A stretch of DNA of 64,000 nucleotides from Torpedo marmorata (taxonomy: Eukaryota). The notes beneath the pieces are model-generated. The model did not search any database and was not told where the DNA came from. It saw only the letters and a program-made list of their open reading frames with translations. The translations under genes and the position numbers were made by a program. Within the stretch, counting starts at the first letter, position 1. Each line of letters starts with the position of its first letter. The stretch is taken from positions 154,256,001 to 154,320,000 of the forward strand of contig OZ360225.1 in NCBI GenBank assembly GCA_977017645.1, read 5' to 3'. Below are positions 1 to 13,739 of this stretch, piece after piece.

Positions 1-1263
1 TAAAAATGCACCTTGTAAAAATGGGGCTCTGAAATTAAGGATCATAGGAATGTTTATTGTCCAGTGTACTGAAATACAACGAAAAACCTGTACAGTAGAT
101 CGTCACATAAGTCAAATGTGCAGAATATAGTGTTAAAGAGAAAGGTACAGTAATGTAAGGCATCATCTTTGACTAATTAGAGGTCTGTATAGCCGACCTG
201 AGGCTGATAATGACAGGAAAGTAACGTCCTTGAATCTGGACATGAATGTTTGAAACTCATGTAAAGATGAGTCTTGTGAGCCTTATGTCAGGGGTAGGGA
301 AATTATTGGAAAAAATTCTAAGGGACAGAATTTCTTTTCATTTGGAAAGGCTAGTGCTGATCAGGGATAATGAGTAGGGCTTTGTATGGGGGAAATCCTT
401 TCTCACTAATTTGACTGAGGTTTTTGAGGAAATAACAAAGGAAACAATAAACATCTGTCAAGGTCCCACATGGCAGGCTGGTCCAGAAAGTACACGGAAT
501 CCAAAGCAAGCTAGCTTGGTGATAGGAGGCTAAGGGTAGTGGTGGAAGGATGTTTTCCTGATTGAAAGTCTGTGATTAGTGGTATACCACAGGGATCTGT
601 ACTGGGACCTTTGCTGTTTGTGATATGCATTAATGACTGGGATGTTGATGTAGGAGCTATGATTGATAAGTTTCAAAATCAATTATCATGAACAAGTCAC
701 AAAATTTGTTGTTTTGTAGCAGCATCACAGTGCAAACATTCATATAAACCACCTTACAACAATAAATAAAAATAGTGCACAAAAAGTCAAAGTAAGGCAG
801 TGTCTTTGGTTCATTGATCATTCAGGAATCTGATGCCGCGGGGAAGAAGCTGTCCTTGTGCCGCCGAATGCTTATCTTTAGGCTCCTGTATCTTTTTCCC
901 GATGGTAGCAGAGTGAAGAGGGCATTGCTTGGGTGGTGGGGGGTCCTTGAGGACAGAGGCTGCTTTCTTAAGACACCGGCCCTTGTAGATGTCCTCGATG
1001 GAGTGGTCTGGTGCTCGTGATGTCGCAGGCCGAGTTAACAACCGTCTGGAGTTTTTGCTTGCCCTGAGCATTGGCACCTCCGTACCAGACAGTGATGCAA
1101 CCAGCCAGAATGCTCTCCACCGTAGACCTGTAGAAGTTTTCGAGAGACTTCGGTGACATACCGAATCTCCTCAAACACCTCACAATGTATAGCCGCTGGT
1201 GAACCTTCTTCATGATTGCATCATCATGGAGGCTCCAGGGCAGATCCTCGGAGATGTTGACAC

Positions 1264-2041
1264 TGTTGTGAGTGAGGAAACAGGTTTGGTGGGTCTCAAA
1301 GGCAAGGACTCTAGACACACAGTTTTGGTAGTAAAGGATTTTATTTACAGAAGGCAAAACGTGGGGGAATGACAGAGGCAACACACACACACACACATAC
1401 ACAATTTACAGCAGCCTTGGGAAAATAGTAGCGGCGATGGAACAACACACACAGTTTAATAGTGATCGTGGGAAAAGTCGGGACGGCAAAAAGCAACACA
1501 CACAGTTTCATAGCGATCGTGGGAAAATCGCGCGAGAACAAAATACACACACATATACAACCAACTGGGTACATACAATAACCAAGGAAAAATCAATACG
1601 ATGCCCCACCACCCATTAGTGCAGGTACGGCTCTATGCTACTTAGGGACACTAATTAAACGCTCCCAACCCTTTTAAACAGTGCACATCTTACCAACAAT
1701 TTCTCCAGCGCCCCTCCACGGTTCTAGGCCTGGAGTGAAGCAGGGTGGTCCCAAGCTTGCAAAGAGGGAGAACAAAGAAAATGTGGCGCCTTTATAGTGC
1801 TGGAGGGCTGGGGGGTCCAGCCCAGGTCGTTAGCAGGGGGCCAATGGCTTGGTGCCAGGAAGGTTAATCCAATTACAAAGGCCAATGGCCCAAGGCCAAG
1901 TACAAAGGGATTTAAATTGGCCAACGGCAAGGTGTGCACTAATGGGTGGGGCAGGGCCAAACCTTGATTGGCAGGTGGTGTGTCCTCCGATTAGGTAGGG
2001 GGCACTGCTGTCACGTGACAGCCACGACCCTTCCCAATATA
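1264..2041 (-). mobile_element. Solo LTR (778 bp) of a separate LTR family
   Basis: 5-bp TSD GACAC (1259-1263, 2042-2046); minus strand runs TA(for TG)TATTGGG...CACAACA; minus-strand TATAAA near 1790 and AATAAA near 1342; internal ~50-bp tandem repeats at 1420-1555. Confidence 0.75.
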
Positions 2042-2062
2042 GACACCCAGGAATTTGAAGTT

Positions 2063-2315
2063 GTTTTTTATTTTTCAATATTTTTATTGAAATTGAAATT
2101 CCACATTGAAAAATACAGAGTACATAAGAATACATATTAAAAGTTAAAAAATAATACATTACACTTAGATCATACCATTTCATCCAAGGTATCCTGCATT
2201 CTCAATCAAACAAATTATATTATAGTAATATTTTATTATAAAAAGAAAATCTAAGCCCATTACCAAAAACGAAGCTGTTTGGCAAAGACAGGGAAAAAAA
2301 ATTCCTCATCAGAGT
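2063..2315 (-). mobile_element. Short 3' end of an L1-type LINE
   Basis: A-rich tail with AATAAA on the minus strand; 11-bp TSD AATTTGAAGTT (2052-2062, 2316-2326). Confidence 0.7.
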
Positions 2316-3880
2316 AATTTGAAGTTCTTGACCCTCTCCAATACTGAGTCCTCAGTGAGGACTGGATCGTGTTCTCCTGACTTCCTCCTGAGGACCACAA
2401 TCATCTCTTTGGTTTTGCTAATGTTGAGCGCAAGGTTGTTGGCATGACACCACTCAACGAGCTGATCTCTCTCATTCCTGTACTCTTCCTCATTGCCGTT
2501 TGTGATTCTGCCGACAACTGTGGTGTCATCGGCAAATTTGTCGAGAGCATTGGAATTGTGCCTGGCCACACAGTCATGGGTATATAGTCATGGGATAAGC
2601 ATGCATCATTGAGGTACGCCTGTGTTGATAGTCAGTAATGAGGAGACGTTGTTTCCAATTCGTACTTACTGTGGTCTTCCGATGAGGAAGTTAAGGATCC
2701 AGTTGCAAAGGGGTTGCAGAGGCCCAGGGTTTGGAGCTTCTTGACGAGCACTGCGGGAATAATGGTATTGAAGGCTGAGCTGTAGTCTATGAAGAGCAGC
2801 CATATGTATGAATTGCTGTTTTTGAGGTGATCCAGAGCTGAGTGGAGAGCCAGCGATATTGCATCTGCTGTGGAGCAATTGTGACGATAGGCGAATTGCA
2901 GTGGGTCCAGACCTTTGCTTAGGTACGTGTTAATTCTGGCCATAACCAACCTCTCAAAGCATTTCATCACAGTAGATGTTAGTGCTACTGGGCGATAGTC
3001 GTTGAGGCAGCTCACACTGCTCTTCTTGGGTACCGGGATGATTGATGCCCTTTTGAAGCAGGTGGGAACCTCTGACTGCAGCAATGAGAGGTTGAAAATG
3101 TCCGTGAACACTCCGGCTTGTTGGTTGGCACAGATTTTCGGTACCCTGACAGGTACGCCGTCAGGGCCTGATGCCTTACGAGGGTTCACCCTCCTGAATG
3201 ATGTTCTGACGTCGGCCTCAGAGACAGATATCACAGGGTCCTCAGCCTTTGCAGGGATTGTAGTAGGCACTGTTGGGTTCTTCTTCTCAAAGCAGGCATA
3301 GAAGATGTTCAGCTCATCAGGTAATGAAGCATCACAACTATCTATGGTATTCGCCCTTGCTTTGTAGGCTGTAATGGCCTGCATTCCCTGCTATAGCTGA
3401 CAATAATCTGTCTCTGTCTCCAGCTTCCTCTGGAATTTCAACTTTGCTTCAGAGATAGCCTTCCACAGGTCGTATCTGCACTTCTTGTAGAGATCTGGAT
3501 CTCTACAAGATCTTTTTATAAGTTTGTGGATGATGTGAACATTGGTGATGTTTTGGATAGGAAGGAAATTTGTCTAAGACTACAGCACAATACAGATCAG
3601 TTGGATGGAGCATTGGCAGATGGAATTTAATCCCAAGGTGATGCATTTTGGGAAGTCAAATTGGATAGGACATATAAAGTAAATGGCAGGGCACTAAGGA
3701 TTAACAGAGACCCAGGGGTCCAAGTCGATAGTTGCTGAAATTATGAAACACAGATCGATGGCTGGTAAAGAAGGCTTACCTTCATAGGTTGGCTTTTAGG
3801 TTATAAAGTTGTAATGTTATGTTGCACCTTTACAAAATTCTGGCCAAGCCACATTTAGTATTAGGCATGTTGACAATGTG

Positions 3881-5275
3881 AAACACGATAGGCTGCAGAC
3901 GCTGTGATTGTAGTAAAAACACCGAAATGTTGGAGGAACTCAACTGGTCTTTTCAGCATCTATAGGAGACAAAGATATATTGTCAACGTTTCTGGCGTGA
4001 GCCCTTCTTCAAGGAAAAATCAGAAAAGGCAGAAGCAGGATATATCAGAAAGTCTCAGAATTCAAACAATGGGGGAGGAATCCAGACCAACAAAAGGTGT
4101 TAATTGGATGTGATAAGCGACTCGGTAGAATTTATCATGTTTGTGCGAAAGGAGACAGGGAAAGGAGAGACAACGGGGGAAGCAGGGGGTGGGTTAACGA
4201 AAGCCAGAGAAATCTATATTAATGCCATCTGGTTGGAGGGTGCCCAGTTGGAAGATGAGGTGTTGTTCCTCCAATTTACGGGTGGTCTCAGTCTGGCAGT
4301 AGAGGAGACCATGGACAGACAGGTCGGCAAGGGAATGGGATGGAGAATTGAAATGGGTGGCCACTGGGAGATCCACGCTATTGCGGCGGACAGAGACGAG
4401 GTGCTCAACAAAGCGATCTCCCAGTCTGCGTTCAGTCTCTCCGATGTAGAGGAGACCACAGCGGGAGCACCGGATGCAGTAGATGACCCCTGCAGATTCA
4501 CAAGTGAAATGTTGCTTCACTTGGAAGGACTGTATGGGGCCCCGAATGGTGCTGAGGGGGAGGTGTGGGCACAAGTGGAGCATCTCCTGTGGTCACAGGG
4601 GTAGGTCCCAAAGGGACAATTGGTGGGGAGGGAGGAGTGGACAAGGGAGTCACGGAGGGAGCGGTCCCTGCGGAAGGCAGAGAGGGGAGGAGAGGGGAAT
4701 ATGTGTCTAGTGGTGGGATTATGTAGTAGGTGGCGGAAATGGCGGCGGAGGATGTGTTGGGTGCAGATGCTAGTGGAGTGGTAGGTGAGGATAAGAGGAA
4801 TCCTGTCCTTGTTGCATGTGGGGGCGGAGGGGGCCAGGGCAGATGTGTAGGTAATGGAGGATATGCGGGTGAGTGCCGAGTTGATGGTGGTCGAGGGAAA
4901 GCCACGTTGTTTGAAGAAGGAGGACGTCTCTGATGATCTGGCATGGAAGTCCTCATCCTGGGTGCGGATGCGACGGAGAAATTGAGAGAATGGAATGGAA
5001 TCCTTACACGGGACGGGTGGGAAGAGGTGTAGTCGAGGTAGCTGTGGGAGTTGGTGGGTTTATAGAGGATGTCTGTCGAGAGTTTGTCTCCTGAGATGGA
5101 GACAGAGAGATCAAGGAAAGGGAGAGTGTTGCGAGAGATCGACCAAGTGAATTTGAGGTCGGGGTGGAAGTTGGCAGCAAAGTGGATGAAGTCAACGAGC
5201 TCATCATTGGTACATGAGGTAGCACCAAAGTAGTCATTGATGTAACGGAGGAAGAGTTGAGGGGCCTTGCCTGTA
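3881..5275 (-). mobile_element. Penelope-like element, 5'-truncated (RT C-terminus plus GIY-YIG endonuclease)
   Basis: LFLRYINDYFG and TLPFLDLSVS; GVIYCIRC...LYIGETERRLGDRFVEH; 9-bp TSD GACAATGTG (3872-3880, 5276-5284). Confidence 0.92.
3978..4016 (-). ncRNA. Degenerate minimal hammerhead ribozyme of Penelope terminal repeat
   Basis: Minus strand TTGAAGA-AGGGCTCACGCCA-GAAAC-GTT. Confidence 0.45.
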
Positions 5276-6955
5276 GACAATGTGGCCCAGAAGAATTGGT
5301 TGAGCCTCAGCTGGGGATGTTGGTTTTTTTGTCTTTCAAAAGATAGTGTAATGATCAGCTGTTACTGGAGTTTTGCACAATAAGAAAAACATAATATTAA
5401 TTTTTAATTGTTAAATCAATCTTACTTTCTAAATTGTAAAATAAATAAAGAACTATAGTCAGCTACACTTTGTATCATATTCTTGGCATCTCCTCCCAAC
5501 ATTTTTAATGATGTGTATTTAAATAACTCAGTTGTTCTGTGTGAGTTTTAATCTTCTAGTAGGGAAGGTCCAGAACTATATGCAATTCCAAGCTGAGGTA
5601 TTAAAAAGATACAACTTTGTACATTATTGCTCTTTTTAAATGATGTTCCACAAGTACTTCCAATAGCGACAATTCACATTTATATTTGCATAGAAAATGT
5701 CATAAGGCTTTTACCAGACCATCATTCAGCAGAATTTGATGCCAAGGCATATGAAGAGATTTTAAAGAAGGAGCTTGGTCAAGGAAATAAGGAAAGGGAA
5801 TTAAAGAGTTTAGAGAAGCAAGTTATGTTTTTGGCCTTACTGAAAGTGAGGGATGATTTAGAATCAGGATTCTCAGGATTTCAGCATTTGAGGAATACAG
5901 GTGTGGCAAAAGGATGTAAGGTTGAATATGTCTCAGAAATGATTAGAGGTGAGACCACAGCAGGATTTGTAAACAAAGATGAGAATCTATAAATTCTAGG
6001 GCATGGACTGAAATTTGCCTTGAGGACTGATGACAGCATAATCTATCTTTCTAGTATATTGTTGGAAGAAATTTTTGTTCATCCAAGACTGGTCGTAGGA
6101 AAAGTATAAGGAGAGTTAGACAAATTGAGTAAAGTAGTGATGAGGTTGAATTGGGTGATGTTATCATGAATGTGGGAATTGTTATTATTTTGGATGATGT
6201 AAGTAAAAGAGAAATAAGATAACGGAAACATCAGATCTCTGGGAGTACCAGAAGTGACCAGGTTTGTCTCAGTGGGAACAGCTGCTATTGAAGGTGCCAA
6301 GACTTGATAGATGGGTGCAGTCCTGTCCAGCTAGACAATGAAGGAAAGACATTGGAATACAATGATGTCAGTTGTGTCAAAAGCTGCAGACAGATCATGG
6401 CAGTAGTGTAGGACATAATTTGTAACTGTTTGGTAAGCCTTGATACTATGATAGGGCTAAATCATACATCAATGAATTCAATCCAACTGCAAATACAAAG
6501 GATATGAATGTAACTTCTGACGTATTTTAACATTTGCAATGTAAACAAAATGAACCCTTCCACTGAGCTTAAACTTGAATCTGAACTTGAGAGCTTGCAA
6601 ATGTCAGATTTAATTTTCAATTGGCTTCTCGGACCACTAGAGGTCAGTGTTTCCCTTCATTTGGCTGTCTGATCACCTCTCTTGCGTGTTTGCTGCCAAA
6701 CAATGTTATATCATTGTTACAGTCACAGCAGAGAAACGGGTCACTCATCCATCCAAGACTGTGTCAATATTTTCTCCACAAGAGCTCCTCATTCTAATAC
6801 TACTGTGGTGCTCAATTTCTTTGCTGGTTCATGCCATAGATTTTCTTTCAGGCGATGCTGCACTAAATTGTGGTATGGCATTCCATATTCTGATCTGCCT
6901 CTTCCCTGGCTGCCAAAGCTCCAGGAAAGGCATCTGGGTCATGAATTCAGGGAAG

Positions 6956-7224
6956 GCCCTTTAGGACGGAGATGAGAAAAAATTTCTTTAGCCAGAGAAG
7001 TGTGAATCTGTGGAATGCTCTGCCACAGAGGGTGGTAGAGGCAGATTCGCTGTTTATGTTCAAAAGAGAGTTAGATAAGACTCTAATGGGCAGAGGATTT
7101 AAGGGTTATGGGGATAAGGCTGGTAAGGGGTACTGATAGTAGTGATCAGCCATGATCTGTAAAATGGCGGTGCTGGCTCGACGGGCCGAAGGGCCTACTC
7201 CAGCTCCTATTGTCTATTGTCTAT
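6956..7224 (+). mobile_element. CR1 3' end
   Basis: FRTEMRKNFFSQR-type coding end, GGCCGAAGGGCC hairpin, (CTATTGT)n tail. Confidence 0.85.
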
Positions 7225-7769
7225 AATATTAGGAAGTGAAAAGAGTTGGAGGCCATGCTTGGAGAGCTGATGAGATCTGTACTCCCAAACAAATCCTGGC
7301 TAGCTGAATGAAGCTCCAGGACTATAAACCGCTCAGAGCTTTGGATATTAAGAAAATATTAATGTTTTTCTTTTAATTTTCTTGAAACTTCTATTAATCA
7401 TTATAGTAATATTGGAGGTAGGAAAATAAATATTGTTTTTCCATGTATAGAGTGTTTAAGGTGATTTGATGAAACCTTCAACCAGAGGTGGAAAGGTGAG
7501 CTATCCTGTATCGCCATTATATGCTGCACAAAAATTGTAATAAGAGAATAATGTAAAAGTAATTTAAAGTCTCTGACAAACTTCATATTCAAGATTCAGT
7601 CAATTACACTGAAAATGTTTTAACTTCTCAATCTTTAATATCTCAAACCCTCCTCCTTGGTATTATTGAAGTTTGTTTTTGCTACATCTTTTTCAATGTT
7701 TTTGTATTCTATCTGCACAGAGCAGCCAGTACTTCACAATTCTGCAATTGCAACCAAAATTAGGGCTCC

Positions 7770-9540
7770 CATAGGTTCAGCATCGTCTTTAAGGAAGGAT
7801 ATACTTCCAGGAATTCAGGAATGATGAACTGGATTAGTTCTTGGTTTGAAATGGTTGTTACATGAAGAAAGATTGAGCAAGTTGGACCTACCCATTGGAA
7901 TTTGGTCAAATGAGCAGTTCTTATTCAAACATATCAGATGATGAAGGGGTTGACAAGGTAGCTGCTTGAAGGTGCTTTCCCCTTATGGGGATTCTAGAAT
8001 TAGGGTATAGTTTCAGAATAAGGGGCCGTGCATTTCAGATAGAAATAAGGAGATTTTTTTTCTCTCAAAGGGATGTGAATCTTTGGAATTCTCTACCCTG
8101 AGAGACAGAGGAGGTTGAATCATTGACCATATCTAAGTTGAGATAGATATGATTGTGGACTATAGGTCAGTCAATTATTCTGGTGAAAAAACTATAAGAC
8201 CATAGACCATTATAGGGGCAGAAATAGGCCATTCGTCCAGTCGAGTCTGCTCCACCATTCCATCATGAGTTGATCCATTCTCCCACTCAGCCCCACTCCC
8301 CTGCCTTCTCCCCATAACCTTTGATACCCGGACTATTCAGATACCTATCCATCTCTGCCTGAAATACACCCAACAATCTGGCCTCCACAGCTGCCCGTGG
8401 CAGCAAATTCCAGAGGTTCACCACTCTCTGACTAAAGAAATTCCTCCACATCTCTGTTTTAAATGGGCACCCTTCAATCCTGGTTGTGTCTTTTTGTTCT
8501 TGACTCCCCTGCTATGGGAAATAACTTTGCCACATCTGCTCTGCCCAGGCCTTTCAACATTCGAAATACTTCCATGAGGTTCCTCCTCATTCTTCTGAAC
8601 TCCAAGTACAGTCCAAGAGCCATCAAACATTCCTCATATGCTAATCCCTTCATTCCAGGAATCATTCTTGTGAATCTTCTCTGAAGTCTCTCCAATGCCA
8701 GCACATCCTTACTTAAATAAGGAGCCCAAAACTAACCCCCGTACTCCAAGTGAGGCCTCACCAGTGCCTTATAAAGCCTCAACATCACATCCCTGCTCTT
8801 GTATCCTATTCCTCTAGATATGAATGCCAACATTGCATTTGCCTTCTTCACCACCGACTCAACATGGAGGTTAACCTTTAGGGTATCCTGCACGAGGACT
8901 TCCAAGTCCCTTAGCACTTCCAAATTTTGAATTTTCTTCCCATCCAAATAATAGTCTGCCCTTTTATTCCTTCTACCAAAGTGCATGACTGTACATTTTC
9001 CAACGTTGTATTTCATTTGCCACTTCTTTTCCCATTCTCCTAATCTATCCAAGTCTCTCTGCAACCTCTCCGTTTCCTCCTCACTACCTGCCCCTCCACC
9101 TATCTTTGTATCATTTGCAAACTTAGCCACAAAGCCATTTATTCCGCAATCCAATCATTAACATACAACGTAAAAAGAAGTGGCCGCAACACTGACCACC
9201 CCTGCGGTACACCACCGGTGACCAGTACCCAACCAGAATAGAATCCATTTATTCCCACTCTCTGTTTCCTGCCGAGCAGCCAATGTGCTACCCATGCTCG
9301 CATCTTTCCTGCAATTCCATGGGCTTTCATTTTGTGAAGCAGTTTCATGTGCAGCACCTTGTCAAAGGCCTTTTGAAAATCCAAAAATACAACATCCACT
9401 GCATGTCCTTTGTCTAGCCTGCTTGTGGTTTCCACAAAAAGACACAAATGTGGAATTGAGGTCCTAATGAGGTAAAATCATAATGAATAGTTGTGCAAGC
9501 TCAAGAGACCTTATGTTCTACTTCTGCTCCTATTTCTCAA
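7770..9540 (+). mobile_element. Old CR1 3' remnant (7770-8185 and 9440-9540) interrupted by a younger CR1
   Basis: Degenerate similarity to the CR1 3' coding end and UTR seen elsewhere in the window. Confidence 0.55.
8191..9434 (-). mobile_element. CR1 LINE, 5'-truncated, RT fragments
   Basis: LDFQKAFDKV, GVPQG, KFANDTKIGG and LYKALVRPHLEY; short repeat tail near 8191-8210. Confidence 0.92.
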
Positions 9541-11226
9541 CTTCATTTTTGTAATGTACAGCTCTGGATGCAAAACAAAGGATTAACCTGTCTTTTGATA
9601 GTTATATCTACTTGTGCAACTGTTTTTAAAGATGTAAATTTGTACGTAAATTGCTGATCTGCTGATTTATCGCATTTTCTGTTCTTATTTTAGCTTCATG
9701 GCATCTGCAGATTTTTAGCTTTTCAATAAATATTAATGGGCCTAGGTGACGGGCACTTGCTGCAGGAGATGCTGGTTAGTCTGTTCAACTACAATCCTAA
9801 AGACTGAGCTCTACATTTTTCAGTCAAGGTGATCTATCATCTGTGACGTATGCATTATGCTCATGTATGCTCAACTGTAAATTGGAATGTATGTTGAAGG
9901 TCACATTTCTTTCTGTCTGTTTATCCATTCTTTCCATGTGGAGCCCATTCTGTAATCATGGGGTCTCATAAATAAAATAAAAAACTTCAACATGCATACA
10001 ATACTAGGTTATGATTATTATTGACAAGTGGTAAGGCTCTTTTTGAACCAGCAAGGCAGAGCTGTATGTAAAAAAAGGACCCTAAGCAATCTGTGGGCTT
10101 CTTTGAAGTCAAAAGCATAAGCATTTGCATTTTCCAGGAATACTTTCTTATCTTGTCACTCACTTTAGCACATGTATATCTTTTGAGAATGAAATTGCAC
10201 TTGGAATTATGTCCATTTTCTTGGATTAAATATTGATAAAGCTATCTCCATCATTTCCCCAATCTGAATTAGTTGTCAAAACTGAAGTTATATTCACATT
10301 AAATATTTATATTTTCACAGAGAAATGTGAAATAAGGATATTCATTTGGAAATAATATATTTAATACTGAAACTTTGCTTAATTCTTGCAGTATACTGGG
10401 ATTCTTCTTGCAATTCTACTGTATATGACCTAATTCACTTGGAGCTGAAATATCAAAGAAACATTCCTATTATTTGTGGCAGCTGACTCTTCACTGAGTG
10501 GAAAGTTTTTTTACATCCAATGTTGCTACAATTAACCAAAGACATTATTTTTTTAAGGTATAGTAACCCATCAAACTTAAAGTAACATGTATGAGCCACA
10601 AACCAGTATATATAGTACTATAACTCTGGAAATAGCCGTGCTTTAGATTCCAGAGTAGAAAATGGAATGGATTTAAGTGAATATAATATTTTCCATCTGG
10701 TCATAGTGAAATTTTACAGGATGTGTCCTTAAGACATCTCATGAGAACTCACGAGTAGCTCTATTGCATGGAGTTCTTAATGATCACGTTGCCATATTAG
10801 ACTCTCACACTTCTATACAATGGGTCTGAAATCTCTGAGCAATTCTAGTGGACTTCCAGTCTTTCAGCCACTTTTTTTTTGTAATTGCCCTCTGGTTGAA
10901 TTACGAAAAACATGGCAAAAGTGAAGGAAAAATATCTGGGTCTTGGAAACATTAGCTCCTCAGATTTACAAAGAATCGTATGTTGCTTTTTTTGTGGGTG
11001 GAGTTTCTGCCTACACAAATGAAACTACTGACACGAAGGTTGGTAACAGGAAGGCACGGCCAAGAAGGACGTCCATTGCTCCATCTTGTTGTTTTCTATT
11101 TCACTGTTTACTATTAGACCTCTACACATTAATGTTTTTGTTGTTTCAGCTTCACGACATGTACTTGCTGAATGCTTATTTAGAACAGAAAAAAAGTGAC
11201 CAAGAAGTGATGTGCCAATGAGTGAG

Positions 11227-11485
11227 AGGGGCAACGTGGTTAGCATAGCAATTAGAGCAATGCTATTACAGTGCCAGTGACCCGGGTTTGAATCCGGTGC
11301 TGTCTATAAGGAGTTTGTATGTTCTCCCCGTGTCTTCGTGGGTTTCGTCTGGGTGCTCCGGTTTCCACCCACATTCCAAAGACGTATGGGGTTAGTCGGT
11401 TAATTGGTCAGATGGGTGTATTTGGGCAGCGTGGGTTCCTGGGCTGGAAGGGCATGTTACCATGTTGTATTTTGATTTGATTTAA
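11227..11485 (+). mobile_element. tRNA-derived SINE (V-SINE/HE1-like)
   Basis: A-box and B-box-like head (GGTTTGAATCC), GGAGTTTGTATGTTCTCCCCGTG core, CR1-like 3' end. Confidence 0.85.
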
Positions 11486-11608
11486 TATGTGGGACAATGT
11501 TAAAAAGTAGTATACATGTGTTCAATAATGTAGATCCAAACTGAATCTTGCAATAACATTTACATCTCTTTTCTAAGAATTATATTTTTTCTGCTTTTTA
11601 CTGCATTA

Positions 11609-12585
11609 CAAATTGGAAACAACGTCTCCTCCTCACTGATTATCAACACAGGCGCACCCCAAGGATGCATGCTTAGTCCACTGCTCTACTCGTTATACAT
11701 CCATGACTTGTGTGGCCAGGCACAATTCCAATGCCATCTACAAGTTTGCCGATGACACCACAGTTGTCAGCAGAATCACAAACGGCAATGAGGAAGCGTA
11801 CAGGAGGGAGATAGATCAGCTCGTTGAATGGTGTAATGACAACAACCTTGAGCTCAACGTCAGCAAAACCAAGTAGATGATTGTGGACTTCAGGAGGAAG
11901 TCAGGGGAACATGACCCAGTCCTCATCGAGGGCTCAGTAGTGGAGAGGGTCAAGAACTTCAAATTCCTGGGTGTCAACATCTCCGAGGATCTGTCCTGGA
12001 GCATCCACGTTGATGCAATCACAAAGAAGGCTCGTCAGCGGCTATACTTTGTGAGGTGTCTGTGGAGATTCAGTATGTCACCGAAGACTCTCGTAAACTT
12101 CTACAGGTGTACCTTGGAGAGCATTCTGGCTGGTTGCATCACTGCCTGGTATGGAGGCGCCAACTCTCAGGACAAGAGGAAACTCCAGAGGGTTGTTAAT
12201 TCGGCCTGTGACATCACAGGCACGAAACTTCACTCCATCGAGGACATCTACATGAGGCAGTGTCTTAAAAAAGCAGCCTCTATCCTCAAAGACCCCCACC
12301 ACCCAGGCCATGCCCTCTTCACTCTGCTTCCATCGGGAAAAAGGTACAGGAGCCTAATGACGAGCACTCAAAGGCACAAGGACAGCTTCTTCCCCGCTGC
12401 CATCGGATTCCTGAATAATCAATGAACCAAAGACACCGCCTTACTTTTCGTGCACTATTATTTATAATTTTTATAGGAATGTCGTAAGATGGTTAATATG
12501 AATGTTAATTGCACTATGATGCTGCCGCAAAACACCGAATTTCATGACTTGTTCATGACAATAAATTCTGATTCTGATTCTGATT
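11609..12585 (+). mobile_element. Rex1/Babar-type LINE 3' part
   Basis: [17 protein letters not shown] and DSFFPAAI; (ATTCTG)n tail. Confidence 0.92.
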
Positions 12586-12887
12586 TATCCAATTTAAACT
12601 CATCTTATACTCTATTTCAGATCTTGCACAGATAGAGATTGTTCATGCCAACCAAATTGTCTACCTCAGCTAGTCCCATTTGTTTGTGCTTGGTCATGTC
12701 CCTCAACGCTTCCTATCCGTGTATCTGTCCAAATGTTCTTTTAAGCATTGCTATTGTGTTCACCTCTACTGCTTCATCTGGCAGCTTGTTTCACATACCC
12801 ACCATCCTCTGTGTTACTGGTAACATCTTTTGTAGACTTGGCTGTAGTCACAACTCTCCTCCTTAGGCAACATGGTGTTAGTTGATG

Positions 12888-13375
12888 TAAAAACACAATG
12901 CTGGAGAAACTCAGCAGGTCAAACAGTGTCCTTTATATAGCAAACATATAGATACATAACCAACGTTTCGGGCTTGAGCCCTTCATCAAGGTATGGAAAA
13001 ATGTCAGCAGACATTGAAACAAAAAGGTGGGGGGGGGGGTAGGGGTGGGGGAAGAGCACATCCCAAAGGCAGGAGGTAATAAGTGGAGAAGGGAAGGAGG
13101 GCACAGCAGCAAGAAGTGGGAGGAGGGATGGCTCGGTGAATAGAGAGGGAAGGGGGTAGAGAGCTGAGGGAAAGAAGACGAGGGGAAGGGAAGGGAAGGG
13201 AGGGAGAATGGAGAGTAGGTTAGCAGAAACCAGAGAAGTCAATGTTAATGCCATCCGGCTGGAGAGTGCCCAGACGGAAAATCAAGTGTTGTTCCTCCAA
13301 TTTACGGGTGGTCTTGGTGGGATAGTACATGAGGCCATGGACAGATATGTAAGTATGGGAGTGGAATGCAGAATT
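12888..13375 (-). mobile_element. Penelope-like element 3' end
   Basis: KLEEQHLIFRLGTLQPDG end plus terminal repeat; 13-bp TSD with one mismatch (12875-12887, 13376-13388). Confidence 0.88.
12955..12995 (-). ncRNA. Minimal hammerhead ribozyme (Penelope)
   Basis: Minus strand CATACC-TTGATGA-A-GGGC(TCAA)GCCC-GAAAC-GTT-GGTTATG; stems I and II can form. Confidence 0.7.
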
Positions 13376-13739
13376 GTGTTAGCTGATGATGAGCTTATTG
13401 TCATACACATAAGTACAATGTACGTATGTACTGAAATTCTTATTTTCTGCAGTCAAACAGGTACTTCGTGAAAGAAAATCTCCAATAGTATACCTTAAAT
13501 GACAGTAATTTACTGGTAATTAAGGTAAGATATTAATGATAGAAGGTAATAAATATTCACAATTTCAGAACTGCAAGAAATAAAAGTGATGTTTCAATAG
13601 TGGTGGTGCTGGAGAAGTTTATCATGAGGATAGTAAGGGGAAGTTTAAGAGCCTGACTGCTGTTGAAAATAAACTTCTTGAACTTGGAGGTGCTGGTCTT
13701 CATCAGGGTTTTGTACCTTCTTCCCAAAGGCAGCAGCTA

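Larger units (their letters stand above)
674..3510 (-). mobile_element. Rex1/Babar-type LINE, 5'-truncated, carrying two nested insertions
   Basis: ORF pieces with [29 protein letters not shown] and [10 protein letters not shown]; 3' end similar to the other Rex1 copies; 8-bp TSD. Confidence 0.9.
290..3860 (+). mobile_element. Degenerate CR1-clade LINE RT fragment, split by a Rex1 insertion (pieces ~290-673 and ~3518-3860)
   Basis: Reads GIPQGSVLGPLLFVICIND...MIDKF up to 673 and resumes as KFVDD after 3518; ATAAGTTT is duplicated at 666-673 and 3518-3525. Confidence 0.8.

Noticed and set aside
6650-7330. Possible ancient RTE-type LINE around the CR1 3' end
   Set aside because: Similarity too faint to support by eye
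11227-11300. tRNA genes at SINE heads (also 21464 and 59553)
   Set aside because: Only A/B-box-like motifs followed by SINE core and tail; no full cloverleaf
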